Shown here in pieces: positions 1 through 5,975 of a stretch of 6,343 nt of DNA. This stretch comes from Selaginella moellendorffii. Lineage: Eukaryota > Plantae > Lycopodiophyta. The stretch is from positions 1-6,343 of the forward strand of contig NW_003314726.1 of the NCBI RefSeq assembly GCF_000143415.4, given 5' to 3'. The translations under genes and the position numbers were made by a program. The notes beneath the pieces are model-generated. The model ran no database searches. It was not told the origin of the DNA and was given only the letters and a program-made list of their open reading frames with translations. Numbering within the stretch: position 1 is the stretch's first letter; the number at the start of each line of letters is the position of its first letter.

Positions 1-368
1 GTGTTGCCACTAGCAACCGTGATGCCGTGGAGAGTCTAAAACATGGAATTGTCCATGTTAGACTATATGGTAATTGGAAAGCTTGCAAAAAGGGAGACCT
101 TAGCAAGCTAAGGGACAGAGTTCCTTCAAGGTTCCCAAAGAGGATTCTAGGTAGCCTAGTACCTAGAAAGGCCAAGCGTAAATGGTTCAAGGAACGCACG
201 AAATCAGAGTGGCGCAGCAGAAGCGTGGTCTTGAAGCTTGCCATGAGGCAAGGCTATCAAGGTTAGGGAAGAAGTTCCCGAGTGTTCAAAGAGAGGGCTT
301 TGAACGAAAGTCGGTGATCAAGGGCTTTCACGCTTGTGCAGGAACCATGTTACAGTAGTCGGAGGACT
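1..368 (+). repeat. Direct repeat copy 1 (matches 5976-6343); part of the internal domain, not an LTR
   Basis: gtgttgccactagc...gtcggaggact occurs at both window ends at offset 5975. The ORF track gives the same 79-aa translation at 27 and 6002. No mismatch was seen by eye. Confidence 0.97.
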
Positions 369-626
369 TGCAAAAGCGAGATTGGCAAGTCAGGGGAACA
401 AATACCCTAGTTGAAGGTGATAACTTCAAAAAGGGTGGGCCATGGGGCCAAGCATGGAGGAGTCCATGCATGATCATAGGCTTGTCAAGTGAGAGGACTT
501 GGCAGTGGGGAGGAACTAGGTTCCTAAGCTGTGATCTATAGCGCGCTTTAAATATAGGTTGGTGCACCGGCGTGGGGAGTCACGCCAGGCATCTTGTGTG
601 ATGCCATCCGTAGATGCATATACGGA

Positions 627-681
627 GGTTGGGTTCGAGTCCCGACCCTCTAGTGCTTGGGTTCGAGTCCCAAATCACTAG
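627..681 (+). other. Two tandem tRNA T-arm-like hairpins, each containing a Pol III B-box match (GGTTCGAGTCC)
   Basis: ggttggg-TTCGAGT-cccgacc (627-647) and ctagtg-c-ttggg-TTCGAGT-cccaa-at-cactag (650-681). Both have the 7-nt TTCGANT loop. No full cloverleaf was found. Confidence 0.65.
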
Positions 682-972
682 GGCGTGGTGATGGTTTGGA
701 ATATGAGGACACTCATATTTCGGTGGTCATGGACTCTCAGTGGGGAGACTAGTTTGGGCACACCGCCAAGCGAGGGATGCCTCGGAGTCGTGATGCACGG
801 TTAGATTGCTTAGTGTGAAAGCTCGACATATCTAACTTAAACGCTTTGGTGCAAGTGGCACCAAGGTCGTGGTGAGTGAGATGGGGACACTTAATCTCAG
901 TTGCTATGAACCCTTGGCCGTAAGGGCTAGCTTGGGTGCACCGTCAAGTGTGGGGGATGCCCCCGGGGTTAT
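676..972 (+). repeat. Diverged direct duplication, period ~178-183 bp (about 676-790 vs 859-972)
   Basis: cactagggcgtggtga/caccaaggtcgtggtga (676/859); atgaggacact/atggggacact (703/881); ctagtttgggcacaccgccaag/ctagcttgggtgcaccgtcaag (749/927); gggatgcctcggagt/gggatgccccggggt. Confidence 0.75.
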
Positions 973-1058
973 AGTCAACAACTTGGAGGTCTAGAAGACC
1001 AAGTACCTCTTGGCAACTCTGTTAAGGTGCCAAGGTGAGATCACTACGTGATCTTATG

Positions 1059-1908
1059 NNNNNNNNNNNNNNNNNNNNNNNNNNNNNNNNNNNNNNNNNN
1101 NNNNNNNNNNNNNNNNNNNNNNNNNNNNNNNNNNNNNNNNNNNNNNNNNNNNNNNNNNNNNNNNNNNNNNNNNNNNNNNNNNNNNNNNNNNNNNNNNNNN
1201 NNNNNNNNNNNNNNNNNNNNNNNNNNNNNNNNNNNNNNNNNNNNNNNNNNNNNNNNNNNNNNNNNNNNNNNNNNNNNNNNNNNNNNNNNNNNNNNNNNNN
1301 NNNNNNNNNNNNNNNNNNNNNNNNNNNNNNNNNNNNNNNNNNNNNNNNNNNNNNNNNNNNNNNNNNNNNNNNNNNNNNNNNNNNNNNNNNNNNNNNNNNN
1401 NNNNNNNNNNNNNNNNNNNNNNNNNNNNNNNNNNNNNNNNNNNNNNNNNNNNNNNNNNNNNNNNNNNNNNNNNNNNNNNNNNNNNNNNNNNNNNNNNNNN
1501 NNNNNNNNNNNNNNNNNNNNNNNNNNNNNNNNNNNNNNNNNNNNNNNNNNNNNNNNNNNNNNNNNNNNNNNNNNNNNNNNNNNNNNNNNNNNNNNNNNNN
1601 NNNNNNNNNNNNNNNNNNNNNNNNNNNNNNNNNNNNNNNNNNNNNNNNNNNNNNNNNNNNNNNNNNNNNNNNNNNNNNNNNNNNNNNNNNNNNNNNNNNN
1701 NNNNNNNNNNNNNNNNNNNNNNNNNNNNNNNNNNNNNNNNNNNNNNNNNNNNNNNNNNNNNNNNNNNNNNNNNNNNNNNNNNNNNNNNNNNNNNNNNNNN
1801 NNNNNNNNNNNNNNNNNNNNNNNNNNNNNNNNNNNNNNNNNNNNNNNNNNNNNNNNNNNNNNNNNNNNNNNNNNNNNNNNNNNNNNNNNNNNNNNNNNNN
1901 NNNNNNNN
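1059..1908. other. Assembly/scaffold gap of 850 N
   Basis: Continuous run of N. The true length and content are unknown. Confidence 0.99.
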
Positions 1909-1995
1909 TTAGCGAGAACTAAACCAATAAAAGGAGAGAACCACTATATGTGGTCCAATCAGTCTCTAAGTTGGAGAGACTACCCTCCTTAGAGG

Positions 1996-2085
1996 ATATG
2001 CAAAAGGCATGGTGAGCCTTCAATGTCCAACCATTGACAAATATGGAGAAGGCATGGTGAGCCTTCAATGTCACACCATTGACAA
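1996..2085 (+). repeat. 45-bp tandem duplication (2 copies, 41/45 identical)
   Basis: atatgcaaaaggcatggtgagccttcaatgtccaaccattgacaa (1996-2040) vs atatggagaaggcatggtgagccttcaatgtcacaccattgacaa (2041-2085). Confidence 0.95.
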
Positions 2086-2152
2086 ATATTGGTTACGCGC
2101 CAAGGATGGAAATGGTAACACATGCGGGTGTTACTTTATAAAATGGTTCACC

Positions 2153-2172
2153 GTTCGATGAGGACATCGAAC
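2153..2172 (+). promoter_or_regulatory. Pre-PPT inverted repeat GTTCGATG-AGGA-CATCGAAC
   Basis: Perfect 8-bp stem with a 4-nt loop, 9 nt upstream of the PPT. It resembles the TTCGAGGACGAA / GACGAGGACGTC-type palindromes that precede the PPT in plant chromoviruses. Confidence 0.6.
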
Positions 2173-2181
2173 TTCGTCTAT

Positions 2182-2193
2182 GGGTGGTGGAGT
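2182..2193 (+). promoter_or_regulatory. Polypurine tract (plus-strand primer)
   Basis: GGGTGGTGGAGT lies immediately 5' of the TGT that starts the inferred LTR. It is G-rich but interrupted by T. Confidence 0.65.
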
Positions 2194-2410
2194 TGTGAGA
2201 CACAAAATCCCTAGGCCCCAAAGTGGAGCTGGAAGGGCGCCACATGGTAGTGGCCGAAGCGAGAGCCAAACGAGCGTAATACATTTGGACCAAAAGCTCC
2301 AACTTGAAAAGTCAAGAGCGAGAGTGGAACTCCCAACGAAGTGCTCGAGGAATGAGCACGAAGCGAGCAAAAGGCGAGGCTCCAAAAAGGGACCCAAAAG
2401 GACCAACACA

Positions 2411-2420
2411 TGACACGTGG
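2411..2420. promoter_or_regulatory. G-box/ABRE-like motif TGACACGTGG
   Basis: CACGTG core at 2414-2419 in ACACGTGG context, in the inferred U3, just before the satellite. A short motif like this could occur by chance. Confidence 0.3.
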
Positions 2421-2428
2421 GAGTGTCC

Positions 2429-2870
2429 AAGATGGACCCGAGTTGGAGTCCGAAGTGGAGTCCGAGATGGACCCGAGTTGGAGTCCGAAGTGGAGTCTGA
2501 GATGGACCCGAGTTGGAGTCCGAAGTGGAGTCCGAGATGGACCCGAGATGGAGTCCGAGTTGGAGTCCGAAGTGGAGTCCGAGATGGACCCGAGATGGAG
2601 TCCGAGATGGAGTCCGAAGTGGAGTCCGAGGTGGACCCGAGATGGATCCGAGTTGGAGTCCGAAGTGGAGTCCGAGATGGACCCGAGATGGAGTCCGAGA
2701 TGGAGTCCGAGGTGGACCCAAGATGGACCCGAAATGGAGTCCGAGATGGAGTCCGAGATGGACCCGAGATGGAGTCCGAGATGGAGTCCGAGATGGACCC
2801 GAGATGGACCCGAGATGGAGTCCGAGATGGAGCCCGAGATGGAGTCCGAGATGGAGTCCGAGATGGAGTC
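2429..2870 (+). repeat. Minisatellite of ~38 11/12-bp monomers (GAGATGGACCC, GAGTTGGAGTCC, GAAGTGGAGTCC, GAGATGGAGTCC) with 35- and 47-bp higher-order units
   Basis: Parsed manually: (11+12+12)x3 at 2429-2533, two 47-bp units at 2534-2627, then progressively more GAGATGGAGTCC/GAGATGGACCC monomers up to 2870. Confidence 0.95.
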
Positions 2871-3050
2871 GAAGTCGAGACCGAGACCGGGACCGAGACC
2901 GAGACCGAGATCGAGACCGAGACCGAGACCGAGATCGGGACCGAGACTGAGATCGGGACCGAGACCGAGACCGAGGCCGAGCCCGAGACCGAGCCCGAGC
3001 CCGAGTCCGAGTCCGAATCCGAGTCCGAGTCCGAGTCCGAGTCTGAGTCC
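2871..3050 (+). repeat. Compound hexanucleotide microsatellite, 30 units: (GAGACC)n grading through GAGCCC to (GAGTCC)n
   Basis: gaagtc at 2871, then 29 in-phase hexamers from 2877 to 3050, with variants gggacc, gagatc, gagact, gaggcc, gaatcc and gagtct. Confidence 0.97.
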
Positions 3051-3146
3051 GGAGCCTGAGAGGGTGAAAGCCCAAAGCGTTCGTCTCCCAGACCCTGGGG
3101 GGTTTGGTGAGCTCCAAAAGTATAGTAGGGGGAGGACTGCAATGGA

Positions 3147-3187
3147 GCCAGTTTGGCCAGGAAAGGCCAGTTTGGCTCAGGAAGGCC
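3147..3187 (+). repeat. 19-bp tandem duplication
   Basis: gccagtttggccaggaaag (3147-3165), gccagtttggctcaggaag (3166-3184), then gcc. Confidence 0.85.
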
Positions 3188-4058
3188 GGACCCAGTGTTG
3201 GGTGATGAGCTGCCCACTGGGAAGTCCAAGACTAGAGTGAACACGGACTGACAAGCGGGGTAGCTTGGTGAAGTGTTCAAGAGCCGGCTCTAGTTCCCCC
3301 GGGAGATCGACTGGCCGATGCTCCCAGTCCAAGTGTGGGTGGCACTACCTACTTGGATACCTGGTGTGGCTCAACGGAACCTCGCTCTAAGCCCATGGCT
3401 AGAGCACCTAAAGATGAAAGGTGGGGAGAGTACCCAGGAGGCTTGCGTAAGGCCACGGTGTTCTGAAATGGTGTCCCAAAGTCCCAGACTGTGGAAAGGA
3501 AGAGGGGTAGCCCTCCGGTGTGGTGACCAAGGACACAGTCACACAATGAGGAAGTCCTAGAGGATAGTGGGACTTAGTGGTCGGGCCGGTGGGCCTCGAT
3601 CTAGTGGCAGTGTTAGCGAACACAGCCAAGGACAGAAAGGGACTTGGTGGGGACCGGAACAGAGATATTGGGGAAGGCTATTCCCCATGTCTGTAGGCAT
3701 CCTAAGGATGTTAAGGAGTGGATCTGGGACAACCACTCATGGACGGATGACCCAGTCTTTGAGAGACGGGATTGGAATGTAGGTGGTGTTGGACCACCAG
3801 TGTGACCAAGGTAAATGGGCATGGCCTTAGCGTAACAGGCCGATATGTCGGAGATACCTTGGGGTGTCGATCATGGGATCGGACATGTGGAGCACTTGGA
3901 CCAAGTGCTAAGGTTGAGTGGCATGGATGCCATTCTCGGGGCTAGCAAGCCCCAAGTCCTGAGTTGGGCTTATGGAAGTTGTGAATGAGACTCCTCCAAG
4001 TGGTCGGAGGTGTGGTTAAGTGACTAAAGTAGAATGGAAAAATTAGTCGCTTACAATT

Positions 4059-4070
4059 TGGTATCGGAGT
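4059..4070 (+). promoter_or_regulatory. Primer-binding site, initiator tRNA-Met type
   Basis: TGGTATCGGAGT vs canonical plant TGGTATCAGAGC is a 10/12 match, and both differences allow G-U pairing with the tRNA. It lies 3 nt (ATT) after ...TTACA. Confidence 0.75.
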
Positions 4071-4849
4071 TGTTCCTTAGTCCGACTTTTATTAGTGCTC
4101 AAGTATATCACCATTGATATTGGTATCGGAAGGTCGTAGGAGTGGGCCTATCCTTGAGGAGTAGCACGTCGAGAGGACATGGCTCTCCACTCAAGTTCAT
4201 GCATGAACTTGGGCGCGATGTGGTGGATAGAAAAGGGGCCAGTAAGGGAACGACTTTGGGATCTTGGGAACAGTATATGGTTTTCCTCAGAGAGTTGAGG
4301 ATGTGACCCAGATGAGCGTTTGACTTAGCAAACTGGCTAATGTAGTTGTGGTAAACAACTACAGTTGGGATCACGGGAAAGATAAAGACTCCAAAGCAAT
4401 AAAGGAGTCACAAGATTATCCTCATATAGTTGAGGTTGGTACTCATGAATGTGAGACCAGAAGTAATGACCGTGGGAGGTCAAATACGGAAGAGGACTCA
4501 AGTCCTTGAAATGGTAGCCGGGGCTACCTTTAATAAATGCTGGAACAACCCAAGGAGTTGGGGGGTGTACTTAGAGATGAGTGGTATTCTCATCATATGG
4601 ACAAGTAGTTCTAAGGGGCAAAAGTTGCCCCAGAGAACAAAATCAAGTGTCAGAGTAACACTTGTGAAAATAGTCCTTTTGAGTAGGACAGGAATGCAAG
4701 AAGTGTATTCCAGTGAGGTAGGGCCTCACAAGTGAGACCTTACGGGTCTGTGGATTAACCAAGTCCAAAACTGCTGGATGACTCAAGTAGAGTCAAGGAA
4801 TGGTCCTAAAAGGACTAATGGAAGCATTTGGACTGAGGTGTGTTGTACC

Positions 4850-5791
4850 CCACGAAGGATGGGGGGGGGATCATAGAATCCAAAGATGAGAACAGAGGGT
4901 ATCTCATTGATGGCAAAATGTGCCATGCTAAAGTTATGGGAAAGGTGTTCCCAGAAGAAAACAACTTTGACACAAAGTTGTGTGTGACCTCTATGGTGCA
5001 GTGCTAACGGATGGTTAGCATGAGAAAGAGCAGTGTTGGTCTTGGCAAAGACTTAGACACAAAGGGGAAGTGTCATAGAGGTAGGCTCGAGGAGCCGATG
5101 GTGTGGAGACACCAAATGTGCCAAGGTGTGATACCTTGAAGCTATGTTCGTGGGTTCATGAGAACCCCTTGCTAAAGGAATCCCAATGGAAATGGGAATG
5201 GCATAGCCTAAGCTGCAAAGCATGCAATTGGAGTGTGGTGACCCAGATAATGATGGAGGTGCAGAAGCACCAAGCAATGAGTTGTAGGACTTGATAACTA
5301 TGAGGCAACTAAGCAAGAGGTGCAAAATAACTGGTTAAACAGGTAGAAGTTAGCTACCCAAGACTTCTTAATAGCATAGGGAAGTTGGATATACCCTTAC
5401 GGGGGAGAAGTTGCTGGTGTTGCGATATAGTAAGTCAATGTCATAAAAGGAAATACTCATTGTCAAGAAAGCCATCATTGGGACATACGAACACTCTAGA
5501 ACACCAGAAGGTGGTGTTTGATGTCGCGAGGGCAATGGATAAGGCCCAAGGGACTAAGTCCCTAGCGAATGATGGATAAAAAGTGCTATCCAAATGTCCA
5601 AGGCTGTGGAGACAGGAGAAGACTGTCTACCCGAGTTGGACAAAGCCAAAAAAATGGAATTTTGGCAAGGCTAGTGATGGGCATGTAAAGGCCCATAAGC
5701 AACAATGTAATCCCAATGTGTGGGATTATAAGGTGAGCATACCCGGATTGAGGAACCACTCCCTGGACTATTGGGTAGGTTCATCCCTAAA
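4850..5791 (+). pseudogene. Possible highly decayed Ty3/gypsy reverse-transcriptase remnant
   Basis: Short motifs in different frames but in the correct order: PRR..DHRI (4850-4880), DIV (5424-5432), EH-(+1 nt)-LEHQKVVFDVAR (5489-5531), GLLGRFIPK (5765-5791). There is no YxDD and the spacing is only approximate. Confidence 0.3.
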
Positions 5792-5975
5792 AATACTTGC
5801 TAAGGCATGATAGAAAGTGCAAAGCTATCCTCCTAGTCTAGAGGAGAATGACCGAAGGAAAGATGTGAAGCCAAAAGCAAGGAGTAAGGGGATAGAACCG
5901 AACTATAGGAATCGAAGGGCATAACCAAGGTTGGTTATGCCAACTGGGAGTGGAGAATCAAGTGGGGGCTCGAGG

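Larger units (their letters stand above)
2194..4055 (+). mobile_element. Long terminal repeat (~1862 bp), single copy, flanked by both PPT and PBS
   Basis: Starts TGTGAG and ends CTTACA (reverse complement TGTAAG, a 5/6 terminal inverted repeat, TG...CA). There is no second LTR copy in the window, so the boundaries rest on flanking motifs only. Confidence 0.7.

Noticed and set aside
27-266. 79-aa basic ORF (repeated at 6002-6241)
   Set aside because: It has a GTG start, is short and has no recognisable domain. Its duplication merely reflects the terminal repeat.
1-372. The terminal 368-bp repeats as the true LTRs (TGTTG at 2, TGCA at 369-372, G-rich agtgggggctcgaggg before 5977)
   Set aside because: No recognisable PBS follows 372 and the repeat simply runs to the window edges. 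A better PPT/TG...CA/PBS set exists at 2182-4070. This cannot be fully excluded without flanking sequence.
560-690. tRNA gene or tRNA-derived SINE
   Set aside because: Only T-arm-like hairpins are present. I found no convincing A-box/D-arm, anticodon arm, acceptor stem or tail.
1035-1992. ORFs of 295 and 314 aa
   Set aside because: They are almost entirely X, produced by translating the N gap.
2429-2870. CRISPR array or iteron cluster
   Set aside because: The monomers are contiguous with no unique spacers, there are no cas or rep genes, and the context is a eukaryotic retroelement.
2131-3280. Five long overlapping ORFs resembling RS-domain, Ser-Asp (Sdr-like), Ser-Pro or Arg-Asp repeat proteins
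   Set aside because: All cross a nearly stop-free satellite and are open on both strands at once. The 11-bp monomers swap frames and there is no non-repetitive domain.
4430-4735. 101-aa ORF containing ATFNKC..VYL..ILI, resembling RT 'ATF..M..VYLDDILI'
   Set aside because: It has no DD, the spacing is too short, and it lies upstream of and out of order with the other RT-like remnants, so it is probably chance.
5385-5445. CWCCDIVSQCH as a Gag zinc knuckle
   Set aside because: It does not fit CX2CX4HX4C.
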